A stretch of 64,000 bases of DNA from an uncultured Clostridia bacterium (lineage in GTDB: Bacteria; Bacillota; Clostridia; TANB77; CAG-508). The notes beneath the pieces were generated by a model. That model had not been told where the DNA came from. It worked only from the letters and a program-made list of their open reading frames with translations, and did not search any database. Both the position numbers and the translations under genes were made by a program. The DNA lies in the NCBI GenBank assembly GCA_904378095.1, contig CAJFHE010000004.1:3588-67587 (forward strand). The letters are read 5' to 3'. Positions 31,315-41,285 of this stretch are shown here, one piece after another; the stretch's first letter is position 1; each line of letters opens with the position of its first letter.

Positions 31315-32124
31315 GTGAATAGACAAGAAATATTAAACAAATTCACAAATGAAGAAGACAGATTCTTAGTTTCAAAATTACTGGATAAAATAGAGTTTAC
31401 AGCAAAGAGAAATTCTATAGAGTACACAGATTTCTTGGACATGAGACAAAGACAGATGTTAGAAAAAGTGCTAAAAGAGATAAAGTTTAGCAATTACATA
31501 GGCTATGGTGGGTACAAAACAGCTGAAAGGACTGTATTAATAATATATCCAGACAAGCTAGAAGATTTATTTAAAGAAGAAAAGTTTGATTTCAATACAA
31601 TATTTGGAGTGATAAGAATAGCACTACCAAATGAGTTAAAAAGGCTCTATTCTCACAGAGACTACTTAGGTGCAGTAATAAAAATAGGAATGAAAAGAGA
31701 AAAAGTAGGAGACATTCTTACATGTGTTGATGGGGCTGACTTAATAGTTCTAAAAGAAGCAGAAAAATATATTTTGAATGGCCTCAAGGAATTAAAAAGA
31801 TTTAGTAAGTCCGAATTTGAGCGTGTTAGCCTTGAAGAGCTAAAAATAGAAGAGCCAAAAACACAGAAAATAAATATAATTATTCCATCAATGAGGATAG
31901 ATAGTATTGTGGCTGAAATAATTAGAACATCAAGAGCAAAGGCAACAGAAGTTGTAAAAGAGGAAAGAGTATTTGTAAATCATGAGCTAATTGTAAAGGG
32001 CTCAAAAGAGGTAAAGACTGGCGATATAATTACTGTTAGAGGAAAAGGCAGATTTAAAGTGGGAGATATGCTAAATCAAACAAAAAAAGGAAACTTGGTT
32101 GTGGAAGTGGATAAGTATGTGTAG
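31315..32124 (+). CDS. YlmH-like S4-domain RNA-binding protein
   Basis: 269 aa with C-terminal S4 domain; GTG start. Confidence 0.6.
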   Translation: MNRQEILNKFTNEEDRFLVSKLLDKIEFTAKRNSIEYTDFLDMRQRQMLEKVLKEIKFSNYIGYGGYKTAERTVLIIYPDKLEDLFKEEKFDFNTIFGVIRIALPNELKRLYSHRDYLGAVIKIGMKREKVGDILTCVDGADLIVLKEAEKYILNGLKELKRFSKSEFERVSLEELKIEEPKTQKINIIIPSMRIDSIVAEIIRTSRAKATEVVKEERVFVNHELIVKGSKEVKTGDIITVRGKGRFKVGDMLNQTKKGNLVVEVDKYV

Positions 32125-32137
32125 AAAAGAAAAAAGT

Positions 32138-32194
32138 AGGCTTGTCCCAAAAACGACAAAGTTGTCGTTTTTAGGCCTGTCCCTATAACGACAA
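32138..32194 (+). repeat. Repeat family A copy 5, forward orientation; its 3' end ACGACAAGGAGG forms the folD RBS
   Basis: AGGCTTGTCCCAAAAACGACAAAGTTGTCGTTTTTAGGCCTGTCCCTATAACGACAA. Confidence 0.85.
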
Positions 32195-32205
32195 GGAGGA
32201 AAGAA

Positions 32206-33048
32206 ATGGAAATAATAGATGGAAAAGCACTTGCAAAAAAGATAAGAAGTGAGTTAAAAGAAGAAGTAGAGGAGTTAAAAAAACAAGATGTACATCCAAA
32301 GCTTGCGGTTATAATGGTTGGAGATGATAAAGCATCTGCAGTATATGTACGTAACAAAAGTAAAGCTTGCAATGAAATAGGAATAGAGTATGAAGAATTT
32401 TTGAGAGATAGCTCAATTACTCAAGAGAGGCTAATAAATTTAATTAAAGGATTAAACGAAAGAGAAGATATACATGGAATACTTTTGCAAAGCCCAATAC
32501 CAGACGGATTGGATATAAGAGAAGCGTTTAATACTATAGATTACAGAAAAGATGTAGATGGCTTTAATCCTATAAATGTAGGAAAATTATCCATAGGCGA
32601 GGATTGCTTCGTTTCATGTACACCATATGGAGTAGTAAAAATGCTAGAGGAATACAATATTCCAACTGAAGGAAAAAGAGCGGTAATAGTAGGAAGAAGC
32701 AATATTGTTGGTAAACCTTTAATACAATGTTTGCTAAATAAAAATGCTACTGTAACTGTATGTCACTCTAGAACGAAAAACATAGAAGAGATAACAAGAG
32801 AAGCGGATATATTAGTTGCGGCTTTAGGTAAACCAAAGTTTATAACAGCTGATATGGTAAAAGATGGAGCAGTAGTTATTGATGTTGGAATAAATAGAAA
32901 TGAAGAAGGCAAACTAGTTGGTGATGTGGATTTTGAGAATGTGTCTAAAAAAGCATCATATATAACACCGGTTCCAGGAGGAGTGGGACCTATGACGATT
33001 GCTATGCTAATGTACAATGTGGTTAAAGCAGCTAAATTACTCAAATAA
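32206..33048 (+). CDS. folD: bifunctional methylene-THF dehydrogenase/cyclohydrolase
   Basis: 280 aa; conserved YVRNK motif and PVPGGVGPMT. Confidence 0.9.
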   Translation: MEIIDGKALAKKIRSELKEEVEELKKQDVHPKLAVIMVGDDKASAVYVRNKSKACNEIGIEYEEFLRDSSITQERLINLIKGLNEREDIHGILLQSPIPDGLDIREAFNTIDYRKDVDGFNPINVGKLSIGEDCFVSCTPYGVVKMLEEYNIPTEGKRAVIVGRSNIVGKPLIQCLLNKNATVTVCHSRTKNIEEITREADILVAALGKPKFITADMVKDGAVVIDVGINRNEEGKLVGDVDFENVSKKASYITPVPGGVGPMTIAMLMYNVVKAAKLLK

Positions 33049-33119
33049 GACTAGCTTTGCCATTATCTAGCAATAATAAATAATTTCGGGGGCAATTTCT
33101 TAAAGAAGGAGAAATTGCA

Positions 33120-33779
33120 ATGAATTTAAAATTAAATGTTAATAAAATAAAGACTATAACAGTTGGAGACGAGGCGTATCCAGAGAATTTGATGCATATA
33201 TATGGAAAGCCACAAACACTGTATGTATTAGGAAATGAAAAATTGCTAGATGCGCAGTCCATAGCGATTATAGGATGTAGAAAGGCAAGTGACTATGGAT
33301 TAAAAAATGCATATAAATTTGGTTATGAGCTTGCTAAAAAAGGAATATGTGTAGTTAGTGGATTTGCAAGAGGTATAGATTCATATGCACACAAAGGAGC
33401 ATTGGCAGCAAAAGGAGCTACAATTGCAGTGCTAGGTTGTGGATTGGATGTGGTGTATCCACCAGAAAATGTAGATTTATATAAACAAATTGTAATGAAC
33501 AATGGAGCCATTATTACAGAGTATCCATTAGGAAGTAGACCAGAAAAACATCATTTTCCAGCACGCAATAGAATAATTAGTGGGCTTTCGGATGGAGTGC
33601 TAGTGGTAGAAGCTAAAGAAAGAAGCGGAACTTTAATTACAGTAGAGTATGCATTGGAGCAAGGAAAAAATGTATATGCAATTCCAGGAAATATAACAAG
33701 CGAAAATTCGTATGGAACAAATGAATTAATAAAGGAAGGTGCAATACCTATAACAAAAATAGAAGACTTCGAATTATAA
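33120..33779 (+). CDS. dprA: DprA/Smf-family DNA-processing protein, short form (Rossmann domain only, 219 aa)
   Basis: GxARGID motif (GFARGIDS) and the DprA Rossmann fold; no SAM or C-terminal wHTH extension. Confidence 0.7.
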   Translation: MNLKLNVNKIKTITVGDEAYPENLMHIYGKPQTLYVLGNEKLLDAQSIAIIGCRKASDYGLKNAYKFGYELAKKGICVVSGFARGIDSYAHKGALAAKGATIAVLGCGLDVVYPPENVDLYKQIVMNNGAIITEYPLGSRPEKHHFPARNRIISGLSDGVLVVEAKERSGTLITVEYALEQGKNVYAIPGNITSENSYGTNELIKEGAIPITKIEDFEL

Positions 33780-33896
33780 TAAAAAATTAAAATTTTATTA
33801 AAACTGTTGTAAAAAAATAGAAAAATTGTTATACTAATGATATGGAAAAGGAACAAAATAGTTTTACAAATAATATAAATTTTAGGAGGTATTATT

Positions 33897-34343
33897 ATGG
33901 AGGAAAATAAAGATTTAGAAAATGTTGTAAATAACGAGGAGAATCAAGGTGAAGTATCACTTGAAAACTCAAACATCAAAATAGCAGACGACGTTATAGC
34001 AGTTATAGCTGGAGCTGCTGCTTCAGAAGTACCAGGAGTTGCATCTATGGCAGGTGGATTTGCTGGAGGAATCTCTGAAGTATTTAGTGGAAAGAAAAAT
34101 TTTGCAAAAGGCATTAAAGTAGAAGCTGGAGAAAAGGAAACAAGAATAGATGTAAACATTATTGTAGAATATGGTGTTAGAATTCCAGATGTTGCTTTTG
34201 AAATTCAAAACAGAGTAAAAAAAGCAGTAGAAAGCATGACTGGATTAAAAGTAGTAGATGTAAATGTACATGTACAAGGCGTTAACACAGATAGTAATAA
34301 TGTAGAGGAAGAAAAAACAGAGGACTCTAATAAAACAGAATAA
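33897..34343 (+). CDS. asp23: Asp23/Gls24-family alkaline shock protein
   Basis: 148 aa with Asp23 family signature; sits in the asp23-amaP-DUF2273 arrangement. Confidence 0.8.
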   Translation: MEENKDLENVVNNEENQGEVSLENSNIKIADDVIAVIAGAAASEVPGVASMAGGFAGGISEVFSGKKNFAKGIKVEAGEKETRIDVNIIVEYGVRIPDVAFEIQNRVKKAVESMTGLKVVDVNVHVQGVNTDSNNVEEEKTEDSNKTE

Positions 34344-34452
34344 TAGAAAGAAGGCACTTTAAGATTAGTATTATTTTAATTTTAAATATGGTCTAATGTT
34401 TGAATTGAAATTGTACGAAGTGCCTTTAATTTTTTTGAAAGGAAGTTGTAAT

Positions 34453-35013
34453 ATGAAAACAATAGAAAAAATAACATTGGTACTTTTTTCAACACTTATG
34501 CTTATAATATCAGTAATATTTTGCTTGGCAATATTTGGCTGGGTAGATGTATCGGCTATAACAAATGTGCTAAACTTGGCATTTACAAATAATATAACAT
34601 CAAATATTATTTTGGTATTAAGTATAATATTTATTCTTCTTGCAATAAGATGTATTTTCTTTGATTCAAGTAGTAAAGAAAAGGAAGAATACAAAAATGG
34701 AATTTTATTAGAAAATTCTAATGGTAAACTTTTAATAACAAGAGAAACAATAGAAAATCTTGTTAATGCAGTAGTAAAAGGTTTTGACAGTGCAGAAGAC
34801 GTATCAACAAGAATTGAGCTAGACAAAGATAATAATTTAAGAGTTTTTGTAAATTTAAGTGTTAAGGAAAATGCTGTTATTAAGGAGCTATCAACAAATT
34901 TACAAAACAAAATTAAAGAAGCAATTAAAAATTCTTCAGATTTAGATGTTAAAGAAGTAAATATAAAAGTTAAAAATATAGAGCCAGCAAAAGATAACAT
35001 TGTAGATGTATAG
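34453..35013 (+). CDS. amaP: alkaline shock response membrane anchor protein AmaP
   Basis: N-terminal TM helices plus an Asp23-like C-terminus; RBS before ATG 34453. Confidence 0.65.
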   Translation: MKTIEKITLVLFSTLMLIISVIFCLAIFGWVDVSAITNVLNLAFTNNITSNIILVLSIIFILLAIRCIFFDSSSKEKEEYKNGILLENSNGKLLITRETIENLVNAVVKGFDSAEDVSTRIELDKDNNLRVFVNLSVKENAVIKELSTNLQNKIKEAIKNSSDLDVKEVNIKVKNIEPAKDNIVDV

Positions 35014-35031
35014 AAAGGAAGATGGTGATAT

Positions 35032-35235
35032 ATGGACGATTTTAAGAAATTTATGTCACAATATGGCGGAATGATAATCGGCATAATAGTAGCAATTGTG
35101 CTATTGCTTACAAGATTTTATGAGCTAATAATTGCCATTATTTTGATTGTCGTTTGTGGATATGCAGGTTTTTACATCCAACATAACAAAGATAATGTTA
35201 AGGATAGACTTAAAAATTTTATAGATAGATTATAG
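35032..35235 (+). CDS. DUF2273 small membrane protein
   Basis: 67 aa, two TM helices, typical partner of amaP/asp23. Confidence 0.65.
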   Translation: MDDFKKFMSQYGGMIIGIIVAIVLLLTRFYELIIAIILIVVCGYAGFYIQHNKDNVKDRLKNFIDRL

Positions 35236-35255
35236 AAGGGAAAATTAAACGCAAA

Positions 35256-35693
35256 ATGAGTATGTCAGGAAATAGAAAAATAGCATTTGAAATAGTATAT
35301 AGTTTAGAATCGCAAAATGTAAAATATGAGGATTATAAAGAAAATGTGGACATGTTTTTTGAAGAAAAAGAAGTACATGGAAAGTCAACAAGTAAATTTA
35401 TAAAGGACATTGTGTATGGTACAAAAAGACATGGAAAACAAATAAAAAAGCAAATAGAGGATTGCTTATCTGAAAAGTGGAGTTATGACAGAGTTTCAAA
35501 AATAAATATAGCAATACTAGAGATTGCAATTTTTGAAATGTTATATTTAAAAACTCCATACAAAGTTGCGATAAATGAAGCAGTAGAGCTTGCAAAAGCA
35601 TATGGAGATGCAAAGGCACCAGCTTTTGTTAATGGTGTGCTTGCAAGTATAGTTAAGAAGAACAATTTAGATGAAGGAGAAAGCAAAAACTAA
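35256..35693 (+). CDS. nusB: transcription antitermination factor NusB
   Basis: 145 aa NusB fold signature; conserved nusB-xseA context. Confidence 0.85.
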   Translation: MSMSGNRKIAFEIVYSLESQNVKYEDYKENVDMFFEEKEVHGKSTSKFIKDIVYGTKRHGKQIKKQIEDCLSEKWSYDRVSKINIAILEIAIFEMLYLKTPYKVAINEAVELAKAYGDAKAPAFVNGVLASIVKKNNLDEGESKN

Positions 35694-36880
35694 TGACATA
35701 TAATCCAATAAGTGTAACAGATTTAAACAAATATATTAAAGAAAAAATAGCAGGAGATGAAGTACTAAATAATGTGTTAGTTAAGGGGGAAATCTCTAAC
35801 TACAAACATCATTATACTGGGCATTTGTATTTTACTCTAAAAGATGAAAATTCTTTAATAAAGTGCATAATGTTTAGAAGTGCTGCTGTAAACTTAAAAT
35901 TTGAGCCTAAAGATGGAATGAAAGTAATGGTATTTGGCACAGTTTCTGTTTTTGAAAGAGATGGAGTGTACCAAATTTATTGCAAAGCAATGCAAGAAGA
36001 TGGAATGGGCAGCTTGTATAAGGCATATGAAGAGATGAAAGCAAGGCTTGAAAAAGAAGGATTATTTGAGCAGAGCCATAAAAAGAAAATACCAATGTTT
36101 CCAAAATGCATTGGAGTGCTTACATCTAACACAGGAGCTGTTATAAGAGATATTATAAATGTTTCAACAAGAAGAAATCCAAATGTATATATTAAGTTGT
36201 TGCCAGTTCCAGTGCAAGGAGAAGGCGCAGCAGAAAAAATAGCAGAAGCAATAAAAATAATGAATGACAAGAAGCTGGCAGATGTAATAATTGTTGCAAG
36301 AGGAGGAGGCTCTCTAGAAGATTTATGGCCTTTTAATGAAGAGATTGTAGCAAGAGCAATTTATGATTCCGAGCTCCCAATAATTTCTGCGGTGGGACAT
36401 GAAACAGACTTTACAATAGCAGACTTTGTAGCAGATTTAAGAGCACCTACTCCATCAGCAGCTGCAGAGCTTGCAGTACCAAATATATCAGATATTATGC
36501 TTAAGCTTGAATCATATAATAATAGATATAAATTGGCATTAAAGAAAAAAGTGGAGTTCATGAGACTAAGATACGAAAAGTGCATGAATAGCAGAGTGTT
36601 TAAAGAGCCATTGCAAAAGATAAACGAAAAATATATGCTAATAGACATGAAAGTAAAATCTATGCAGAATAGTATTTCTAATATATATAATGCAAAGAAG
36701 ACAAATATGGTAAAACATATAGCAAAATTGGATGCTTTAAGCCCACTTAAGACGCTAACTAGAGGATATTCTATAATTCAACTAGAAGGCAAAGTGGTAA
36801 AATCGGTTAACCAACTAAAAAAAGATGATGAGGTGGTGCTAAAGTTAGTCGATGGTCAGGCGAAAGCAAAGATTATGTGA
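35693..36880 (+). CDS. xseA: exodeoxyribonuclease VII large subunit
   Basis: 395 aa; OB-fold N-terminus and catalytic core. Confidence 0.9.
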   Translation: MTYNPISVTDLNKYIKEKIAGDEVLNNVLVKGEISNYKHHYTGHLYFTLKDENSLIKCIMFRSAAVNLKFEPKDGMKVMVFGTVSVFERDGVYQIYCKAMQEDGMGSLYKAYEEMKARLEKEGLFEQSHKKKIPMFPKCIGVLTSNTGAVIRDIINVSTRRNPNVYIKLLPVPVQGEGAAEKIAEAIKIMNDKKLADVIIVARGGGSLEDLWPFNEEIVARAIYDSELPIISAVGHETDFTIADFVADLRAPTPSAAAELAVPNISDIMLKLESYNNRYKLALKKKVEFMRLRYEKCMNSRVFKEPLQKINEKYMLIDMKVKSMQNSISNIYNAKKTNMVKHIAKLDALSPLKTLTRGYSIIQLEGKVVKSVNQLKKDDEVVLKLVDGQAKAKIM

Positions 36881-36881
36881 A

Positions 36882-36916
36882 ATCTTGTTTTTGGGGACGG
36901 AGGAAAAAAACAAGAT
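36882..36916 (+). repeat. Repeat family B copy 3, immediately after the xseA stop
   Basis: ATCTTGTTTTTGGGGACGGAGGAAAAAAACAAGAT. Confidence 0.8.
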
Positions 36917-36963
36917 TTTACAGAGAGATAAAGTAAAATTAAATTCAAAGGAGGAAAGATAAA

Positions 36964-37482
36964 ATGAAGAAAGAAACAAAAACTATAACAACAATAGTTC
37001 TAGCTGTAGTAATTATTTTAGCATTAATATGGGGATTGTATGCAACTTTTGGAGTAGAAGAATCTAGTGTAAGTTCTGCAAATAGTTTGTCAGATGAAAA
37101 TATGGGAATAAGTGATACATCAAATTCAGTAGCTGAAAATGCTATAACAAATACAGAAACTCAGAATGAAGTCGTAAATGAAGTTGCTAATGAGGTGGTT
37201 GAAGAAGAAGCCAATGAGCAAGAAGCAACAGAAAATGATAACAGTAGCAGTGAAAGCGAATCAGAAGTTGTGTCTGGAACAACAACAAGTAGAGAAGAAA
37301 AAGCAGTAGAGCTTGCAAAACAATATTACGAAGAAGAATATGGAAGTGCAGATGAAGTATATTTCACATGCCAAGAAATTAATTCGGATGGAAGATATAT
37401 AGTAAGAGCAGGCAATGCAGATAGTGGAACAAATATGTTTTTATATGTAAATATAGACAAAGGTGAGGTTTCAGAAAATTAA
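36964..37482 (+). CDS. hypothetical membrane-anchored protein with an acidic low-complexity linker, inserted between xseA and xseB
   Basis: N-terminal TM helix; E/N/S-rich region; small C-terminal domain. Confidence 0.5.
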   Translation: MKKETKTITTIVLAVVIILALIWGLYATFGVEESSVSSANSLSDENMGISDTSNSVAENAITNTETQNEVVNEVANEVVEEEANEQEATENDNSSSESESEVVSGTTTSREEKAVELAKQYYEEEYGSADEVYFTCQEINSDGRYIVRAGNADSGTNMFLYVNIDKGEVSEN

Positions 37483-37509
37483 AAAATAATAATTAGGAAG
37501 GATTTAACA

Positions 37510-37743
37510 ATGGAAGAAAAAACAAGCTTTGAAGATAATATGAAAAAATTAGAGCAGATAGCAACTGAATTAGAAAAAGGAGATTTAGATTTGGACACTT
37601 CAGTAGCTAAATTTGAAGAAGGAATGAAGCTTTCAAAAGAATGTAGCGAAATGCTAGAAAAAGCAGAAAAGAAAATAACAATGCTAATCAAAGGAGAAAA
37701 TGGAGAATTAGCAGAAGAAAATTTTGTACAAAATGAGGAATAA
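37510..37743 (+). CDS. xseB: exodeoxyribonuclease VII small subunit
   Basis: 77 aa helical protein with the XseB signature. Confidence 0.85.
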   Translation: MEEKTSFEDNMKKLEQIATELEKGDLDLDTSVAKFEEGMKLSKECSEMLEKAEKKITMLIKGENGELAEENFVQNEE

Positions 37744-37748
37744 GGAAA

Positions 37749-38186
37749 ATGATGGGGATAATTTCAGATTATAAATATTTAATAGTGCCATTTGCAACAT
37801 GGTTTTTTATACAACTTTTTAAATTAATGTATGATTTAGCAACAACAAAGAAATTTAATTTTAAAAGAATATTAGGAGCTGGTGGAATGCCTAGCTCTCA
37901 TTCTGCTGTTGTAGTAGCATTATGTACAATGATAGGCAAAAACTATGGGATAAATTCAGCAATATTTGGATTGGCTGTTGTTTTTGCATTTGTTGTAATG
38001 TATGATGCTGCTGGAGTAAGAAGAGCAGCAGGAAAGCAAGCAAAGCTTTTAAATAAAATTGTGCAAACACCAGGACTTTCTGGAGTGGAAGTTACAGAAA
38101 AGCTACAAGAAGTGCTAGGCCACACACCTATACAGGTATTTGTTGGGGCATTTATTGGTTTGGTTGTTGGATTGATTTTCGGATAA
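37749..38186 (+). CDS. divergent PAP2-family membrane protein (DUF212/YuiD-like)
   Basis: 145 aa; PSSHSA motif. Confidence 0.7.
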   Translation: MMGIISDYKYLIVPFATWFFIQLFKLMYDLATTKKFNFKRILGAGGMPSSHSAVVVALCTMIGKNYGINSAIFGLAVVFAFVVMYDAAGVRRAAGKQAKLLNKIVQTPGLSGVEVTEKLQEVLGHTPIQVFVGAFIGLVVGLIFG

Positions 38187-38284
38187 TGTGCAATTTTGAT
38201 ACTGGGTATTCTAAAGTTTTGTGATTATACAGTAAATTCATACTATATAGACCAATCAGCGAAATTGCACAAGAAGAAAGGAAA

Positions 38285-39955
38285 GTGATTTTTGTGGAAG
38301 ATGTTGAGATTGCAAGAAGTACTAAGCTTGATAAAATAGTAGATATAGCAAGCAAAATAGGTATAGAGGAAGAAGAGCTAGAGCCATATGGTAGATACAA
38401 GGCTAAAATTTCTTTAAAGGCTTATGAGAGACTAAAAAATAAAAAAGATGGAAAACTAGTTTTAGTAACAGCTATAAATCCTACACCTTTGGGTGAAGGT
38501 AAAACTACTATGGCAATTGGCTTGGCTGATGGATTACAAGAAATTGGTAAGAAGTCCATACTAGCATTAAGAGAGCCTTCGCTTGGACCTGTTTTTGGAA
38601 TTAAGGGTGGTGCAACCGGAGGAGGTCATTCTCAAATTGCACCAATGGAAGATATAAATCTACATTTTACAGGGGATATTCATGCAATAACATCTGCAAA
38701 TAATTTACTTTCTGCAATGATTGATAACCACATATATTTTGGGAATGAGCTTGGTTTTGATAGAGTAACATGGAAAAGATGTGTGGATTTAAATGATAGA
38801 CAATTGAGAAAAGTGGAAACCGGATTATCTGGAGAAAAAAATATAGTACCACGAGAGGATGGATTTGATATATCGGTTGCATCTGAGATTATGGCAATTT
38901 TTTGCCTTGCTACAGATGTAAAAGATTTAAAGAGAAGAATTGGAAACATCATAGTTGGTTATACTAAAGAAAATAAACCTATTACTGCAAGTGATTTAAA
39001 AGCTGATGGAGCATTAACTGTATTATTAAAAGATGCAATAAATCCAAATTTAGTGCAAACTTTAGAGCATACGCCTGCTATAGTTCATGGTGGACCATTT
39101 GCAAATATTGCACACGGCTGTAATAGCATTATAGCAACAAAGATGGCGCTTAAACTTGGTGACTATGTTATAACAGAAGCAGGATTTGGTGCAGACCTTG
39201 GAGCAGAGAAGTTCTTAGATATAAAGTGCAGAAAAGCAGATATAAAGCCAGATGCTGTGGTATGTGTTGCAACAATAAAAGCATTAAAATATCATGGTGG
39301 TATGCCAAAGGAAGAAATAAAAAATGAAAATATTGAAGCCTTAGAGCGTGGCTTTAGAAATCTTTTAAGACATGTAGATAATTTGAAAAATAAATATGGG
39401 TTAAATGTTATAGTAGCAATTAATAAATACACACATGATACAGAAAAAGAAATAGAGTTTTTAAGAAATAAATTAAAAGAGCATGATATAGAGCTTAGCT
39501 TAGTTGAAAGCTGGGAAAAAGGCGGAAAAGGTGCAATAGATTTAGCTGAAAAAATAGTAAGATTAACTGATAAAAATTCGCATTTGAATTTTGCATATGA
39601 TTTAGATAAGGGTATTAAAGAAAAAATAAATGATGTGGCAACAAAAATTTATGGAGCAGAAGGTGTGGAATTTTCTGAAGAAGCAAGCGAGCAAATAGAT
39701 AAAATAGAAAAGCTTGGGTTTGGAAATCTGCCAGTATGTATAGCAAAAACGCAGTACTCTTTTTCTGACGATGCAAAAAATTTGGAATGTTTAGAGCCTT
39801 TCAAAATTCATGTACAGGAAGTTATATTAAAGTCTGGAGCAGAGTTTGTAGTTGCAATTACAGGAAAGATTATGACAATGCCAGGACTTCCAAGAGTGCC
39901 AGCAGCTGAGAAAATTGACTTGGATGAAGACGGAAACATAGTCGGAATTTTTTAA
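38285..39955 (+). CDS. fhs: formate--tetrahydrofolate ligase
   Basis: 556 aa; P-loop PTPLGEGKTT; FTHFS signatures. Confidence 0.9.
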   Translation: MIFVEDVEIARSTKLDKIVDIASKIGIEEEELEPYGRYKAKISLKAYERLKNKKDGKLVLVTAINPTPLGEGKTTMAIGLADGLQEIGKKSILALREPSLGPVFGIKGGATGGGHSQIAPMEDINLHFTGDIHAITSANNLLSAMIDNHIYFGNELGFDRVTWKRCVDLNDRQLRKVETGLSGEKNIVPREDGFDISVASEIMAIFCLATDVKDLKRRIGNIIVGYTKENKPITASDLKADGALTVLLKDAINPNLVQTLEHTPAIVHGGPFANIAHGCNSIIATKMALKLGDYVITEAGFGADLGAEKFLDIKCRKADIKPDAVVCVATIKALKYHGGMPKEEIKNENIEALERGFRNLLRHVDNLKNKYGLNVIVAINKYTHDTEKEIEFLRNKLKEHDIELSLVESWEKGGKGAIDLAEKIVRLTDKNSHLNFAYDLDKGIKEKINDVATKIYGAEGVEFSEEASEQIDKIEKLGFGNLPVCIAKTQYSFSDDAKNLECLEPFKIHVQEVILKSGAEFVVAITGKIMTMPGLPRVPAAEKIDLDEDGNIVGIF

Positions 39956-39977
39956 TTAAAATTTATAATGGAAGAAG

Positions 39978-40178
39978 ATGATAATTATGAATAACCAAAT
40001 GAGTGATTTTTTAAAATTTGCATATGAAAAAGGAAAAGTCAAAGAATTAGATGAAGCATTCGTTGAATTTAATCCAAAAGATGAGTGGCACGAAGGAAAA
40101 ATAGAAAATGTTTTAAATGAAGATAAACATAATTATAGTACATATTCAATCGGAGATATTGTATTCGTAAAAGAATAA
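39978..40178 (+). CDS. small hypothetical protein (66 aa)
   Basis: ORF with RBS GGAAGAAG; no domain recognised. Confidence 0.35.
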   Translation: MIIMNNQMSDFLKFAYEKGKVKELDEAFVEFNPKDEWHEGKIENVLNEDKHNYSTYSIGDIVFVKE

Positions 40179-40348
40179 TAAGAATGGATTACATAAAGAT
40201 AGCATTGTAAAAACTGATGTAATCTATAAAATAAACAATGAAAATATATTATTTAAAATAGGGACTGTTGATGATAAAAACATAGAAGAATATAAAAAAA
40301 GTTTTTATAATATAAATAAGAAAAATTAATTGTATAATCACACCATTT

Positions 40349-41098
40349 TTGGATAAAATAACGTTAAGAAATTTTAAACGAAAGTGGTGTTTTTTAGTGG
40401 CAATTAAAATAAAAAGAAACTTAAAAGCAATAATTGTAATACTTCTAGTAAGTACAATTTTTGTTTCATATAATGTGTTTTTTAGAGGTAATGAAGCTTT
40501 AGCTCTTTCAAAGTATGGCTCAAGAGGTGAAGAGGTAAGAACTATACAAACCAAGTTAAAAAGATGGGGCTATTATAACGGAAATGTTGATGGAATTTAT
40601 GGTAGTCAAACTCTGGCTGCCGTGAAGAAGTTTCAACAGAAAAATGGATTGACGGCTGACGGAATTGCTGGTACAAAGACTCTTCAAGCAATGGGTATAT
40701 ATAGCTCATCTTCTAATTCTAGCAGTAATTCAAGCTCATCTACAAATTCAAGTGATTTGAATTTGCTAAGCAGGCTGGTGTATGGAGAAGCACGTGGAGA
40801 GCCGTATACAGGACAAGTTGCTGTTGCGGCAGTTGTACTTAATAGGGTAAAAAACAGCTCATTTCCAAATACAATTTCGGGCGTTATTTACCAAAAAGGT
40901 GCATTTGATGTTGTGAGTGATGGACAGATAAATTTGACTCCAAATGATACTGCTAAAAAAGCTGCGCAAGATGCTTTGAATGGCTGGGACCCAACAAATG
41001 GAGCAATATATTATTTTAACCCAAGTACAGCAACTAATAAATGGATTTGGTCAAGACCAATGACTGTGACAATTGGAAAACATAGATTTTGCAAATAA
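40349..41098 (+). CDS. sleB: spore cortex-lytic enzyme SleB-like (PG-binding domain plus SleB hydrolase domain); start uncertain
   Basis: PG_binding_1 motif (GIYGSQTLAAVKKFQ...DGIAG) and SleB motif LLSRLVYGEARGEPY. Confidence 0.8.
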   Translation: MDKITLRNFKRKWCFLVAIKIKRNLKAIIVILLVSTIFVSYNVFFRGNEALALSKYGSRGEEVRTIQTKLKRWGYYNGNVDGIYGSQTLAAVKKFQQKNGLTADGIAGTKTLQAMGIYSSSSNSSSNSSSSTNSSDLNLLSRLVYGEARGEPYTGQVAVAAVVLNRVKNSSFPNTISGVIYQKGAFDVVSDGQINLTPNDTAKKAAQDALNGWDPTNGAIYYFNPSTATNKWIWSRPMTVTIGKHRFCK

Positions 41099-41156
41099 TA
41101 CTTGTCACCAATGGACAAGAAATAAAAAAAATAAGCAATATAAAACTAGTATATGT

Positions 41157-41188
41157 CAAAAAAGGCACTTGAAAAAAGTGCTTTTTTC
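41157..41188 (+). terminator. rho-independent terminator after sleB
   Basis: AGGCACTT-GAAAAA-AGTGCTT followed by TTTTTC. Confidence 0.7.
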
Positions 41189-41285
41189 GTGTAAAATATA
41201 AAAGTTAAAAAAATATTTTTTGCATTAAAATAAGTTTATATAAAAATCTGGAGATTAACAATATTGACAAGAAGGGAAAATTAAA

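Noticed and set aside
33049-33119. Missing N-terminal domain of DprA caused by a shift
   Set aside because: The intergenic gap is only 70 nt with a good RBS before ATG 33120 and no in-frame CGG upstream. The short Rossmann-only DprA appears native.
40249-40554. Minus-strand ORF overlapping the sleB promoter and 5' end
   Set aside because: It is an isoleucine/phenylalanine-rich antisense artefact with no RBS.
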